Assembly: GCA_965263035.1 (NCBI GenBank)
Contig: OZ253580.1
Span: 2,816,001 to 2,880,000 of the forward strand
Origin: Acidobacteriota bacterium
Lineage (GTDB): Bacteria; Acidobacteriota; UBA6911; RPQK01; JAJDTT01
Reading direction: 5' to 3'
Length of the DNA: 64,000 nt
The stretch's first letter is position 1. Every line of letters begins with the position of its first letter. This document shows, one piece after another, positions 1 through 10,230 of this stretch. Below the pieces are notes generated by a model. That model saw nothing but the letters and a program-made list of their open reading frames with translations. It was not told the origin of the DNA and did no database searches. Made by a program: the position numbers and the translations under genes.

Positions 1-278
1 CTGTGAAAGACGATCTGCAACAACAGGTCTCCCAACTCGTCACACAGCGCGCCCGGAGACGACCAATCCAACGCCTCCAAGACCTCGTAGCTCTCTTCGA
101 TCAGCATCGCCTTGAGGGTTTCGGGCGTTTGCTCCTGATCCCAAGGGCATCCATCGGGACCCCTCAGCGTATCCATCAACTCCACGAGCTTCTGAAAATA
201 GTGGCAGTCCGATTTTTGTGCGTCATTTCCATCGTCCGGCTCTGAACGGATCGCGTCCGCAGGATCCGGTACGGTCAA
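1..278 (-). CDS. mazG: Nucleoside triphosphate pyrophosphohydrolase MazG, N-terminal part (runs off the window; absent from the ORF track)
   Basis: Manual minus-strand translation gives [44 protein letters not shown]...[13 protein letters not shown], the MazG signature. A probable TTG start overlaps the rne stop. Confidence 0.9.
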   Translation of the reverse strand, partial: MTVPDPADAIRSEPDDGNDAQKSDCHYFQKLVELMDTLRGPDGCPWDQEQTPETLKAMLIEESYEVLEALDWSSPGALCDELGDLLLQIVFH

Positions 279-2107
279 TTTCCAATCACCTCGAACTGTT
301 CGATCTGAAGCAGCGGGTCCGTCTTGACCCGAACTTTCTGTCCCGTCATCTTCTTGATTTCCTCGAGCACCGCGTTTTCCCCTCCCCGTAACGCCTTCCC
401 GATCTCCGGATGGCAACGAATGGTCATCGACTTGGCGTCCGGAGAGAGGGGAAGCATCCTCTGCACCTGGTGATGAACGGAGTAGCAGACGGTGCGGACG
501 GAACGGGTCAGGCCCGTGCCCTCACAGACCGTACACCTTTGCGAGAGCGTCCTCTCCAGGGACTGCTTGTCCCGTTTCCGGGTCAGTGCCACCAACCCGA
601 ACTCGTTGAAATCGAGAATCTTGAACGGAGCCTTGTCCTTGGACAACTCCCGGCGGAGCGCATCCAGGACCTGCCGCTGGTTCGAGCTGTCGGACATGTC
701 AATGAAATCGATGATGATGATTCCGCCGATGTTGCGGAGCCGGATCTGGCGCACCAGCTCTTTGACGACCTCCAGGTTTGTCCTGGTGATCGTGTCCTCC
801 AGAGAATCGGTCTTGCCCACGTAGCGGCCGGTGTTGACGTCGATAGCGACCAGCGCCTCGGTTTGATTGATCACGATGTGACCGCCGCTCTTCAACCAGA
901 CCTTCGGGCGCAACGCCTTTTTGATCTGCACGTCGATCCCGTAATCCTGGAGAATATCCGAGTCCTTGGGGTACAGCTTGATTCGCGAGACCAGTTCGGG
1001 ACTCAGACGCCGAACCATCTCCAACGTTCTTTCATATTCCTCCTCACCGTCGATGTAGACCTGGCGAAAGTCCGCGGAAAGATAGTCTCGCACCACCCTC
1101 TGCGACAGGCTCGACTCGGAGTAGACCAGCGCCGGCGCCGCCACCCGTTGCCCCTTCCTCTTGACCTGGTCCCAGAGCCGGGTGAGGTACTCCATATCAC
1201 GCCTCAGCTCCTCCTCCGAACGGTTCTCCGCCACCGTTCGTACGATGAAGCCACCCTTGGAGAAATCGCGCCGCAATTCACGGATCAGCCCTCTCAACCG
1301 CCGTCGTTCCACATCGGACACGATTCGCCGGGACACGCCGACGTGGCTGACAGTTGGCATATAGACCAGATACCGGCCAGGAAACGCCACATGGGAAGTA
1401 ATGCGAGGCCCCTTCCTGCCGATCGGTTCCTTGGAAATTTGAACCAGAATCTCCTGATTCTCCTGAAGCACGCTCCCGATGGGCAGATGAGTCGTAGATC
1501 CGCTGCCTTGCCGCTTGCGGCTCCGATTCCTCCGACCCGAATCTCCGGCGGTGCCATTGGCCCTGTCGCCGCCCGACCTGCCCGCGCCACTTCCGCCCGT
1601 GCCTGGCGAAGGAGAATCAAATCCACTCAACCACTCGGGCAGGATCTTGGGAAACCCGCCTGCGGCGGCCGTCCCCATTGCGACGTTCTCCAGATCGATA
1701 CCGGGATCGAGAGCGATTCGGCAGGGGAGAATGGAAGTCCGGCACGATCCCTCCCCTGAGAGTTCGCTTCCGTCGGAGCGGAGAGGCCGCGGCTCGGAGA
1801 TTGCCCCTTGACTTCCGGTGACCGCCGCCCCGTCGGCCTCGGTCTCCGCCCCGAAACCCTCTTCGACGCCGGGATACCTCTCTTCCAGGAAGTCCGAGAC
1901 AAAGAGAAACGCACTGCGGCCCAAGCCGACGTCCACAAAGGCCGCCTGCATCCCCGGCAGGATCTTGGTCACGCGGCCCTTGTAGATATTGCCCAGAATG
2001 CCCCTGGTCTTTTCCCTCTCGATGAAGACTTCCGCAACCTCACCATCTTCCAGGAGTGCAATCGTCATCTCGAGTGGAGTCGAGCCGATGATGAGTTCCT
2101 TGATCAT
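275..2107 (-). CDS. Rne/Rng family ribonuclease
   Basis: [24 protein letters not shown]1 motif, [15 protein letters not shown] and CxxCxGxG. Start set at MIKELII, preceded by GAGGGT. Confidence 0.95.
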   Translation of the reverse strand: MIKELIIGSTPLEMTIALLEDGEVAEVFIEREKTRGILGNIYKGRVTKILPGMQAAFVDVGLGRSAFLFVSDFLEERYPGVEEGFGAETEADGAAVTGSQGAISEPRPLRSDGSELSGEGSCRTSILPCRIALDPGIDLENVAMGTAAAGGFPKILPEWLSGFDSPSPGTGGSGAGRSGGDRANGTAGDSGRRNRSRKRQGSGSTTHLPIGSVLQENQEILVQISKEPIGRKGPRITSHVAFPGRYLVYMPTVSHVGVSRRIVSDVERRRLRGLIRELRRDFSKGGFIVRTVAENRSEEELRRDMEYLTRLWDQVKRKGQRVAAPALVYSESSLSQRVVRDYLSADFRQVYIDGEEEYERTLEMVRRLSPELVSRIKLYPKDSDILQDYGIDVQIKKALRPKVWLKSGGHIVINQTEALVAIDVNTGRYVGKTDSLEDTITRTNLEVVKELVRQIRLRNIGGIIIIDFIDMSDSSNQRQVLDALRRELSKDKAPFKILDFNEFGLVALTRKRDKQSLERTLSQRCTVCEGTGLTRSVRTVCYSVHHQVQRMLPLSPDAKSMTIRCHPEIGKALRGGENAVLEEIKKMTGQKVRVKTDPLLQIEQFEVIGN

Positions 2108-2351
2108 TGCACCCTCGGGAGACGATCCTGCAGCGGGACCGGTGAAGAGAACGACATCGCCGGTCGGCCGCCGGCTCAGATCTGCCTCCGTGCGCACCGC
2201 CGCGTCATACCCGCGCTCATTATACCTTCAACCCTCGCGCCACCGCTTCCGTCCTCCCGTTGGGACAACGCAACTCCGGGCGGCGACCCCGAGTAATCGG
2301 AACCAGAGAAACGCGGGACGAATCTGCGCAGGTCGACTGGGCGGCAGCGGC

Positions 2352-3437
2352 TCAGTTAACGTAACCCTGAGACTGGGTGCTGAGTACGACGCCCAGAGCC
2401 GCGAAGGTGACGATGGTGAAGGAGCCTCCGTAGCTGAGAAGAGGGAGGGGGATGCCGATCGGCGGCAAGAGTCCAAGCGTCATTCCCACGTTCACCAGAA
2501 TATGGGAAGAGATCATGCTGACCACACCCGTAACCACCAGGATCACGGTCCTGTCGCGCGCCTCGACGGCGATGCGAATCAGCCTCATCAGGACCAACAG
2601 ATACAACAGCAAAATCGTGGCGGCGCCGATCAGGCCCGCCTCCTCGGCCAGAAGCGCGAAAATGAAATCCGAGTGAATTTCCGGGACAAAACCGAAGTGA
2701 CTCTGGCTGCCCTGACCGATTCCTCTCCCGAAAACGCCGCCGGACCCAATGGCGATCTGGGATTGCCGCGTCTGGTAGCCAACGCCCTGAGGGTCCAACT
2801 CGGGATCGAGCGTGGTCAGGATTCGCTGTTTCTGGTAGTCCTTCAGGTAGATCCATACGGCGGGAGAGGCACCCAAAACGGCGAGCAGGCACCAGACCAG
2901 GACTCGCATGCGGAGGCCCGCCACCACGACGATACCCAGCATGATGGGCATGTACATGAGCGCCGTTCCCAGATCGCCTTGAAGCACGACGAGAAACATG
3001 GGAAGCACCGTCAGGAATCCCACCTTCAGGAGATGCCAAGTGCCGGGATGCCGGCTATTCAGGTCGGCCAAGGATTTCGAAAGCGTCAAGAGGACCGCCA
3101 GCTTACCCAGCTCGGAAGGTTGAAAATGAACCGGACCCAGCACCAACCAGCTTCGGCTGCCGTTGATTTCGGAACCATAGAGCAGGACCAGCACCAGGAG
3201 TACCAGACTTCCGCAGTACCAGACCGGAGCATAGTCCGTGTACAGCCGGCAATCCAGGCTCACTAGAACTGCACAGACGCCGATACCCAGGGCAATCCAG
3301 ATGAGTTGCCGGACGAAGAGCCCGCTGGAGCCGGGTTCCGCAGCGCTGTAGACCCCCAAGCCCCCTATCAGCGAGAGCGCCAATACCAGAATCAACAAAA
3401 TCGGGTCCAGCCCCGCGCGAAAATGCCGCCGTATCAT
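2352..3437 (-). CDS. rodA: Rod shape-determining protein RodA (SEDS family)
   Basis: Multi-TM protein with FQPSELGK, QGDLGT, GYQTRQSQIAIGSGG, PEIHSDFIF and PLLSYGGS; follows PBP2. Confidence 0.96.
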   Translation of the reverse strand: MIRRHFRAGLDPILLILVLALSLIGGLGVYSAAEPGSSGLFVRQLIWIALGIGVCAVLVSLDCRLYTDYAPVWYCGSLVLLVLVLLYGSEINGSRSWLVLGPVHFQPSELGKLAVLLTLSKSLADLNSRHPGTWHLLKVGFLTVLPMFLVVLQGDLGTALMYMPIMLGIVVVAGLRMRVLVWCLLAVLGASPAVWIYLKDYQKQRILTTLDPELDPQGVGYQTRQSQIAIGSGGVFGRGIGQGSQSHFGFVPEIHSDFIFALLAEEAGLIGAATILLLYLLVLMRLIRIAVEARDRTVILVVTGVVSMISSHILVNVGMTLGLLPPIGIPLPLLSYGGSFTIVTFAALGVVLSTQSQGYVN

Positions 3438-3443
3438 GGACTG

Positions 3444-5261
3444 CTATTGCCTCGCCATTTCCATAATCCGGCCGGGGCCCCGTTTGTCGTGGAACAGCTG
3501 CAGAATTTTCGCCGCAATCGGAGCTGCCACAGCTCCACCCGAGCCGCCGGCTTCCACCAGGACAACTACGGCGATCTCAGGAAACTTCTGGGGAGCAAAA
3601 CCCACAAACCAAGCATTGGCAGTGAACCGGGAGGCTTGCCCCGCGGCAAGCTTCGAGAGGCCCGCCCGGCCAATGGTCTGCGCCGTTCCCGTCTTCCCAC
3701 ACACGTCGAAGCCGTTGACCTGAGCGGCTCGGCCGGTTCCAAACCGATTCACCACCTCCCACATGGCTTCCCGCACCAAGTCGAGGTTGTCACTCGAGAT
3801 ATTGATGGCAGGCGTGTTTCTTGCCGACTGCCCCCTGGGAAGCTGGTTCCGGGCCACATGCAGGGGAGCGGCAGCTCCTGTGGCCAGGATACCGACCATC
3901 CGAGCCAGCTGCAGTGGCGTCAGGTGGACCGGGCCTTGACCAATGGCGACAGAAACTGTTTCCCCTCGGTACCACTTCTGGCGGTAGATCCGCCTTTTCC
4001 ATTCCCTGGACGGGACCAATCCGGCGACCTCCCCCACCAAGTCGATTCCAGTGGGCCGGTCGAGGCCGATGGCGTGCCCGAAACCGGAGATCAGATCGAT
4101 GCCCAGGCCCTTTCCGAGCTGGTAAAAGTACACATTGCACGAGCTTCGGATGGCTTCCCGGAGCGACACGGATCCATGCCCACCCTTCTTCCAGCATCTG
4201 AAATGATGCCCGTACAGAGTCACGCCGCCGCCGCAAAAATAGGACTGATTCGGATCGATACCCCCCGCTTCCAGACCGGCTAGCGCCACGACCAACTTGA
4301 AGACCGACCCCGGGGCAAACGTACTCTGGAGCGCCCGGTTCTGGAGTGGGTGGTGTTCGTCTGCGACGAGACGGTTCCATTCCCGTCGGCTGATTCGGGC
4401 TGCAAACCAGTTGGGGTCGAAAGCCGGCTGACTCGCCAGGACCAATATCTCGCCGTTTCGGGGGTCGAAGGCAACAACCGCTCCCCGCCTGCCGCCGAGT
4501 TGCTCTTCAGCCGCGATCTGCAGGTCAAGATCAAGCGTGAGCTCCAGCGCGTCTCCCTCCTCGGGAGGGACACGGGCCAGCTCGTCGATGGTGCGGCCCA
4601 GACTGTCGACGAGTATTTTTCGGGATCCGTTCCGGCCCGCCAGATGACGATTGTAGACCCGTTCGACGGCGGACTTCCCCACGATGTCGCCGGCCCTGAA
4701 ATCGGAAAACTCTGCCGTCTCCAACTGAACCCGTGACGCCTCACCCACATAACCCAGGACATGTGCGGCCAATTCACCATACGGGTACGATCGTCTCGGT
4801 TCGGCCAGAACATCCAACTCCGGATGCTCGCCCTTCCGGGAGAGGAGATAGGCCACCTCCGCCATGGTCAGGCTCTTCTTGACCACCAGCGGTTGATACG
4901 GGGAATATCCGTCGGTTGCGGCAAGGTCCTGCTCCAGACTCTGTTCGTCAAGACCAAGTCCCTGGACCAGAAAGTCCACGGTGGCCGCCAAGTTTGACGC
5001 CTCGCTCCGATAACACACCAAGCTGAACGAGTTCACACTGCTCGCCAACACCCGTCCTTCCCGATCGTAGATCACTCCGCGGGGGGCCCTGATGGGGATC
5101 GTACGAGCGCGGTTGCGCTCCGCTGCCACGCTATGGTGCGTGAAATCGACGACGGTCAGATGCCAAAGCTTCAGGAACAGCCCCAGAAACAAGAAGACGA
5201 GAAGCCGTTGGATCCATCGGAGACGAAGCCGGCCGAGTGAATTGTCCTGATAAAGGGGCAT
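3444..5261 (-). CDS. mrdA: Penicillin-binding protein 2
   Basis: N-terminal TM, APRGVIYDR, GSVFK (SxxK), SCN (SxN) and GKTGTAQ. Start MPLYQDN; the longer ORF reads into the upstream repeat. Confidence 0.95.
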   Translation of the reverse strand: MPLYQDNSLGRLRLRWIQRLLVFLFLGLFLKLWHLTVVDFTHHSVAAERNRARTIPIRAPRGVIYDREGRVLASSVNSFSLVCYRSEASNLAATVDFLVQGLGLDEQSLEQDLAATDGYSPYQPLVVKKSLTMAEVAYLLSRKGEHPELDVLAEPRRSYPYGELAAHVLGYVGEASRVQLETAEFSDFRAGDIVGKSAVERVYNRHLAGRNGSRKILVDSLGRTIDELARVPPEEGDALELTLDLDLQIAAEEQLGGRRGAVVAFDPRNGEILVLASQPAFDPNWFAARISRREWNRLVADEHHPLQNRALQSTFAPGSVFKLVVALAGLEAGGIDPNQSYFCGGGVTLYGHHFRCWKKGGHGSVSLREAIRSSCNVYFYQLGKGLGIDLISGFGHAIGLDRPTGIDLVGEVAGLVPSREWKRRIYRQKWYRGETVSVAIGQGPVHLTPLQLARMVGILATGAAAPLHVARNQLPRGQSARNTPAINISSDNLDLVREAMWEVVNRFGTGRAAQVNGFDVCGKTGTAQTIGRAGLSKLAAGQASRFTANAWFVGFAPQKFPEIAVVVLVEAGGSGGAVAAPIAAKILQLFHDKRGPGRIMEMARQ

Positions 5262-5278
5262 GACTACCGATGGACCTC

Positions 5279-5442
5279 TAGCAGTCCGTGGTGAAAGTCC
5301 CGCGAGCACCGAGACCGGTCCTGCGCCGGCCGGACCAGGCGTGATGAGGGAGCATACCGGGAGTACGTGACCGAGTTGCAACGCAGTCCGCCGGGATGCA
5401 GGGACGGTCGAATGCCGTGACGGCTTTTACCACGGGCTGCTA
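5279..5442. mobile_element. Hairpin/MITE-like element type A, copy 1 (between mreD and mrdA)
   Basis: Terminal inverted repeats TAGCAGTCCGTGGTGAAAGTC / GGCTTTTACCACGGGCTGCTA (18/21); closely similar copy at 6865-7028; internally self-complementary. Confidence 0.8.
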
Positions 5443-5488
5443 TGGGACTGCTGCGGCTGGACTGCCCCGACCTGTCCAAAGCGGTCTC

Positions 5489-6058
5489 CTAGAAGGGATC
5501 TTCCTCGACCATCGACTTCCTGGAGAAATTCTTGGGAGGAAACTTGATCCGATCGTAACCGTGAAAAACGAAGACTCCGACCAGCGATGTGACGCAGCTG
5601 CGACCAGCGATGAACAGCAGCAAGCTATTCGACAATGGCTGTCCGAGTAAGTCTAAGATAGCAACGATTAGAATCGTGTCAAGGGAGGCTGCCGCCCCCA
5701 ACAACAACATGCGTCCGAGAACGCCTTCCGGCGACGCCCTCAGGCGCAGCAGACCAACCAGACATCCAATCAAGGTCTTGCTCAAGCCGTTGAGTCCCAA
5801 GAGGCTTCCCAATAGCAGATCGGAGAGCAGGCCGAAGCAAGTGCCCCAGAACGCACCCTTGGCCGCTGCCGAATGCAGGGACAGGTAGAGAACCAGTATC
5901 AGCGGCAGATCCAGGTAGCGCCGCAACTCCGGCAGTGCCCTGCTGAGCAGAATCTCGAAGCTTCCTGCGAGCAGGAGCAGGAGCAGGATCTCGGTGCGGG
6001 AGAATCGGGCTTGCAGAGGGGTCCAACTTGTCTCGGCAACCGGCCGCGGGCGTTTCAA
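5489..6058 (-). CDS. mreD: Rod shape-determining protein MreD
   Basis: Hydrophobic 189-aa protein with DLPLILV and GLLSDLL...GLNGLSKT, located between mreC and mrdA. Confidence 0.88.
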   Translation of the reverse strand: MKRPRPVAETSWTPLQARFSRTEILLLLLLAGSFEILLSRALPELRRYLDLPLILVLYLSLHSAAAKGAFWGTCFGLLSDLLLGSLLGLNGLSKTLIGCLVGLLRLRASPEGVLGRMLLLGAAASLDTILIVAILDLLGQPLSNSLLLFIAGRSCVTSLVGVFVFHGYDRIKFPPKNFSRKSMVEEDPF

Positions 6059-6864
6059 GGCTCACGTGCGACGAGGATTTCCTCGATTTTGGAAAAATCG
6101 ACGAAGGGCTCGACCTTAATATTGCGATATATCATTTCTCCTTTCTCGGAGCTCACTATACGGCCGACCGGAATGCCTTTGGGATAGATCCGGTCGGCCC
6201 CGGAAGTGTAGACCAACTCCCCGACATCCACCGGCTCGTGATTGGGGATGAAATTCCACTCGAGGAGATCGCTTCCGTCGCCCTGGAGCACACCTTGCAG
6301 GCGGGAGTCCGCCAGCATGGCGCCAGCGGAAGCGCCACGGTTGGTCACCAGCTCCACCTCCGAGCTCACGGGTGTGGTCGCCACGACGCGCCCCACGATT
6401 CCCGAGAGACCGATGACGGCCAAGTTTCGCTTGACGCCATGACGGGTCCCGACGTTGATGACGAGACGATGACTGAAGAAGGGAGCGGTCTTCCAGATAA
6501 TGGTGGCCGTCGTGGTTTCGAAAAGATACTGGCGGGCGAGGATCTGGAGTTCCGCGCTGCGGCCCAGCATCGACTGAACGCTCTTGAGCTGCGCGTTCTC
6601 CAGGCGAAGGCTCCCGATCTCTGCCTCCAATTCCTCGTTCCGCTCCTGAACTCCGAAGAGAATCACATAGCGATTCAATGCTCCCCCGACGCTGTCGGCC
6701 ACTGCCGAAACAGCCAGCGCAAGAGGGGAGATCACGGCCACTCCCAGGGTTCTCAGCAGTGTCTGACCGTCGGGATTCCGAACCTGCGCCGAGATCAGCA
6801 CCAAGTGCAACACGATCGCCACGATGACCAGGTGCAGCGACTTCCGTTCGGCCGGCCAACTCAT
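6055..6864 (-). CDS. mreC: Rod shape-determining protein MreC
   Basis: TM segment plus coiled coil, INVGTRHGV, GIVGRV and TSGADRIYPKGIPVG. Start MSWPAER. Confidence 0.93.
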   Translation of the reverse strand: MSWPAERKSLHLVIVAIVLHLVLISAQVRNPDGQTLLRTLGVAVISPLALAVSAVADSVGGALNRYVILFGVQERNEELEAEIGSLRLENAQLKSVQSMLGRSAELQILARQYLFETTTATIIWKTAPFFSHRLVINVGTRHGVKRNLAVIGLSGIVGRVVATTPVSSEVELVTNRGASAGAMLADSRLQGVLQGDGSDLLEWNFIPNHEPVDVGELVYTSGADRIYPKGIPVGRIVSSEKGEMIYRNIKVEPFVDFSKIEEILVAREP

Positions 6865-7028
6865 ATCAGTCCGTGGTGAAAGTCCCGCGAGCACCGAGAC
6901 CGTTCCTGCGCCCGCCGGACCAGGCGCAACGGAGGGAGCAGACCGGGAGTATGTGAGCCGATAGCAACGCAGTCCGCGCACGATGCAGGGACGGTCGAAT
7001 GCCGTGACGACTTTTGCCACGGGCTGAT
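6865..7028. mobile_element. Hairpin/MITE-like element type A, copy 2 (between mreB and mreC)
   Basis: Inverted repeats ATCAGTCCGTGGTGAAAGTC / GACTTTTGCCACGGGCTGAT (17/20); diverged copy of 5279-5442; abuts the mreC ATG. Confidence 0.8.
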
Positions 7029-7038
7029 CCGGAGATCC

Positions 7039-8061
7039 TCAGGAGCTGATCCTCCTCAAGAGCTCAATGTCCTCGAGCATCTTTCCGGTTCCGATAGCGA
7101 CAGAGGAGAGTGGATTCTCGGCCACATAGACGGGAAGACCCGTCTCCTGGCTGAATCGGTAATCCATCTTCTGGAGCAGCGCCCCTCCTCCGGTCAAGAT
7201 GATTCCCGAGTCCGATATGTCGGCGGACAACTCGGGCGGCGTCCTCTCCAGGGCGACTCGGACCGCATTCACGATGGCCACGATGGAGTCGGCCAGCGCC
7301 TCCCGAATCTCTTCATCGGTGACGATCACGGTCTTGGGTATTCCCTCGATGAGGTTCCTTCCCTTCACTTCCGCGGTGATGGTATCCGGCAATTCGGCCG
7401 CCGATCCGAGCTCGATCTTCACTCGCTCAGCCGTCCGCTCGCCGATGAGCAGGTTGTGCTTTCGTTTGATGTACTGAATGATGGCTTCGTCCATTTCGTT
7501 TCCCGCCACCCTGACGGAGCGGCTGTGGACGATCCCCGCAAGACTGATGACGGCGATGTCGGTGGTCCCGCCGCCGATGTCGACGATCATGTTTCCGTTC
7601 GGCTCGGTGATGGGAAGACCAGCCCCGATGGCCGCCGCCATCGCTTCCTCCACCAGATAGACCTCGCTGGCCTTCGCGCGTAGCGCAGATTCGCGAACTG
7701 CCCGCTTTTCCACCTGTGTGATCTCGGAAGGGATGCAAATGATGATCCGGGGATTCAGCAAAAAACTCCTGTTCTGAGCCTTCCTGATGAAATAACGGAG
7801 CATTTCCTCGGTCACGTCGAAGTCGGCGATGACCCCATCCTTCATGGGCTTGATGGCGACGATGTTGCCCGGCGTCCTCCCCAGCATCTCCTTGGCGTCC
7901 GTCCCAACGGCTTCCACCTTGTTGGTGAACTTGTTGATGGCAACGATGGAAGGTTCGTCGACGACGACTCCCTTCCCCCGTGCGAACACGAGAGTATTCG
8001 CCGTGCCCAGATCAATGGCCAGATCGTGGGAAAAAGATTTGAACAGGGAACGAAAAATCAT
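7039..8061 (-). CDS. mreB: Rod shape-determining protein MreB
   Basis: DLAIDLGTANT, VDIGGGTTD and LTGGGALL motifs. Confidence 0.98.
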   Translation of the reverse strand: MIFRSLFKSFSHDLAIDLGTANTLVFARGKGVVVDEPSIVAINKFTNKVEAVGTDAKEMLGRTPGNIVAIKPMKDGVIADFDVTEEMLRYFIRKAQNRSFLLNPRIIICIPSEITQVEKRAVRESALRAKASEVYLVEEAMAAAIGAGLPITEPNGNMIVDIGGGTTDIAVISLAGIVHSRSVRVAGNEMDEAIIQYIKRKHNLLIGERTAERVKIELGSAAELPDTITAEVKGRNLIEGIPKTVIVTDEEIREALADSIVAIVNAVRVALERTPPELSADISDSGIILTGGGALLQKMDYRFSQETGLPVYVAENPLSSVAIGTGKMLEDIELLRRISS

Positions 8062-8257
8062 TGGTCCCTTATGCCCCTCGGGTTTTCAGCGGGACCACAC
8101 GCTCCGCCAAGGCAGCCCCGTTTTACTGGCGCCCATTATCCGACGCCGTCAATATCAGTCGCAAGAGACCTCTCTGCAGAGACCGCGTAGCGGTATCTGG
8201 CCCATGGTATAATCGGCGACTGACGCAAACCTGATTCAGGGGCTGACGGAGGACAGG

Positions 8258-10162
8258 ATGCTACCCTTTTTCCGCAAGAAGCGACGAGGGCTCAAATGGA
8301 TCTTGTGGCTGGTCATCGTAGGTTTGGGCATCGGGATGCTGGGTCTGTTCGTCGATACCCCGGGTCCGAGTTCCGGCGTTTCCTCCGCCCACGCGGCCGA
8401 GGTGGCCGATTTCGTCATTACTTCCAGTGAATTCCGGAGACACTACATCCAACTGGTCGACGCCTACCGCCGCGTCTACAAGTTGGACCGGCAGGATCCT
8501 GCCATCGTCAAGCAGTTGCGCCTGGGCCAACAGGCGCTCGATCAGCTGGTAGCGGAATACGCAACGTTCCACGAAGCCCGACAGATGGGCATCGCCGTGA
8601 CCTCGGATGAAATCGTTCGATTCATTGCCAAGACCCCCGTATTCCAGGAAAACGGCAACTTCATCGGGGTGGATCGCTATCGCGCCATCTTACGCGCCAA
8701 CAACTGGGCGCCCCAGGAATTCGAGGACAGCATCCGGCGACAGCTTGCCCAGGAGAAGCTGCGTAGAATCCTGACTGATGGGATCTTCCCCACGCCCGGA
8801 GAAATCCGGCGAGAGTTTCTGAGCCGGAATCAGGAGGTGAAGCTCCGGTACGTGACCTTCGATCCGGAGGAGTTGGCGCCGGCGGACGTGGAAGCAGAAA
8901 AACTCAAGGAGTATTTCGACGACCGCCAGGAGAATTACCGGGTCGGCGAGCAACGCAGGATACGCTACGTTTCCGGTTCCGTCGACCCTGAGAACGTCAG
9001 CGTCTCAGAAGAGCAGATCCGCGATCGAATGGAGCGCGTCACTGACACGGACCAAGTGAGAGTCAGCCATATTCTGGTTTCGGTGAGAAGCGCTGACGAA
9101 GAACCCGCGGCGAGGGCCAAGGCCCAGGGCCTCTTGCAGCAGCTTCGATCCGGTGCGGATTTCGCACAGTTGGCTCGAGAGCACTCCGAGGACCCCGTTT
9201 CGGCGGCGTCCGGTGGGGACCTTGGTTTTTTCGGACGAGACAAAATGATGCCGGAGTTCGAGAAGGCCGCTTTTGCGTTGAAGCCCGGAGAGCTGAGCGA
9301 TCTGGTAGTGACGCCTTTCGGCTACCACATCATCCGCGGCACCTTCAATCCCGAGCATCACGATGGAGATGCTCGGCGTCCAATCGCCGAATATGAAGCC
9401 CGGCGGCAGGAAGCGGAGAACCAGGCCAAGGAGCTGGCGACGGAAATATCCGGAGAGCTGGCGGAGGACCCGGACCTGGCGAAGGCGGCCAGCGCTCGAG
9501 GTCTCCCGGTCCAGGAATCGGACTACTTCGAGCTCGGCGGATTCATTCCCGGACTGTCCGTCAAGAACGACTTCAACCAGGATGTCTTCGGTCTCCAAGA
9601 GAACCAGTCACTGGAGCCGTACAAAACGGCCGATTCCTACCTGGTGGCTCAGCTCCTGGAGATCCGACCTGCCCACATGCCGCCTTTCGAAGAGTTACGC
9701 GAGAAGGTTCTCTCCGATTACCGCTCCACGCAGGGTGACGAATCCGCTCGGGAGACCGCTTTCGCCATGCATAAGACCATCCAGGGCGACGGCGAGTTCC
9801 AGAAGCTGGCGCAGGAACGAGAACTGCAGGTCATGACGACACCCTTCTTCAAGCGGGGCGCTACCATCGACGAGAACCTCCGATTCTCGCCGCAGGTTCA
9901 CGACCATGCCTTTCGACTGAAGACGGGAGAGGTCGCGCCACCCGTCCTGGTCTCCGGAAAGTACTTCGTGTTCCAAGTGGCCGAGAAGACGGAACTGGAC
10001 CAGGAGAAGTTCGAACGCGAGAAGAGTCAACTGGAAAAGGATTTGACGGAGAAAAAGCGTACGGACTACTTCAATGCCTATGTGGAAGGCACGCTGGAAC
10101 GCCTGCGCAGCGACGACGCCATCACCATCAACCAGGAGTTGGTGGATGCCATGACCGGGTAG
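8258..10162 (+). CDS. PpiD/SurA-type membrane-anchored peptidyl-prolyl isomerase/chaperone
   Basis: N-terminal TM, SurA-like N domain and parvulin motifs (SHILV, FAQLAREHSED, GGDLGFF, TPFGYHII); GGAGG RBS. Confidence 0.9.
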   Translation: MLPFFRKKRRGLKWILWLVIVGLGIGMLGLFVDTPGPSSGVSSAHAAEVADFVITSSEFRRHYIQLVDAYRRVYKLDRQDPAIVKQLRLGQQALDQLVAEYATFHEARQMGIAVTSDEIVRFIAKTPVFQENGNFIGVDRYRAILRANNWAPQEFEDSIRRQLAQEKLRRILTDGIFPTPGEIRREFLSRNQEVKLRYVTFDPEELAPADVEAEKLKEYFDDRQENYRVGEQRRIRYVSGSVDPENVSVSEEQIRDRMERVTDTDQVRVSHILVSVRSADEEPAARAKAQGLLQQLRSGADFAQLAREHSEDPVSAASGGDLGFFGRDKMMPEFEKAAFALKPGELSDLVVTPFGYHIIRGTFNPEHHDGDARRPIAEYEARRQEAENQAKELATEISGELAEDPDLAKAASARGLPVQESDYFELGGFIPGLSVKNDFNQDVFGLQENQSLEPYKTADSYLVAQLLEIRPAHMPPFEELREKVLSDYRSTQGDESARETAFAMHKTIQGDGEFQKLAQERELQVMTTPFFKRGATIDENLRFSPQVHDHAFRLKTGEVAPPVLVSGKYFVFQVAEKTELDQEKFEREKSQLEKDLTEKKRTDYFNAYVEGTLERLRSDDAITINQELVDAMTG

Positions 10163-10230
10163 CCATCATGCGCGGGTCGTAGCGATCCCCGCCACTAGCT
10201 CCCACGTCTCACCGGCAATGCCTCAGCGGA

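Noticed and set aside
3-245. 80-aa plus-strand ORF
   Set aside because: Antisense shadow of mazG.
5481-5491. Type B terminus at the mreD stop (TAGGAGACCGC)
   Set aside because: Only TAGGAG matches exactly, which is too short to support.
5262-7020. Shared N-terminal extensions (PGPAGAG.VSVLAGLSPRT) on MrdA and MreC in the ORF track
   Set aside because: They are translations of the type A element; better starts lie downstream at 5261 and 6864.
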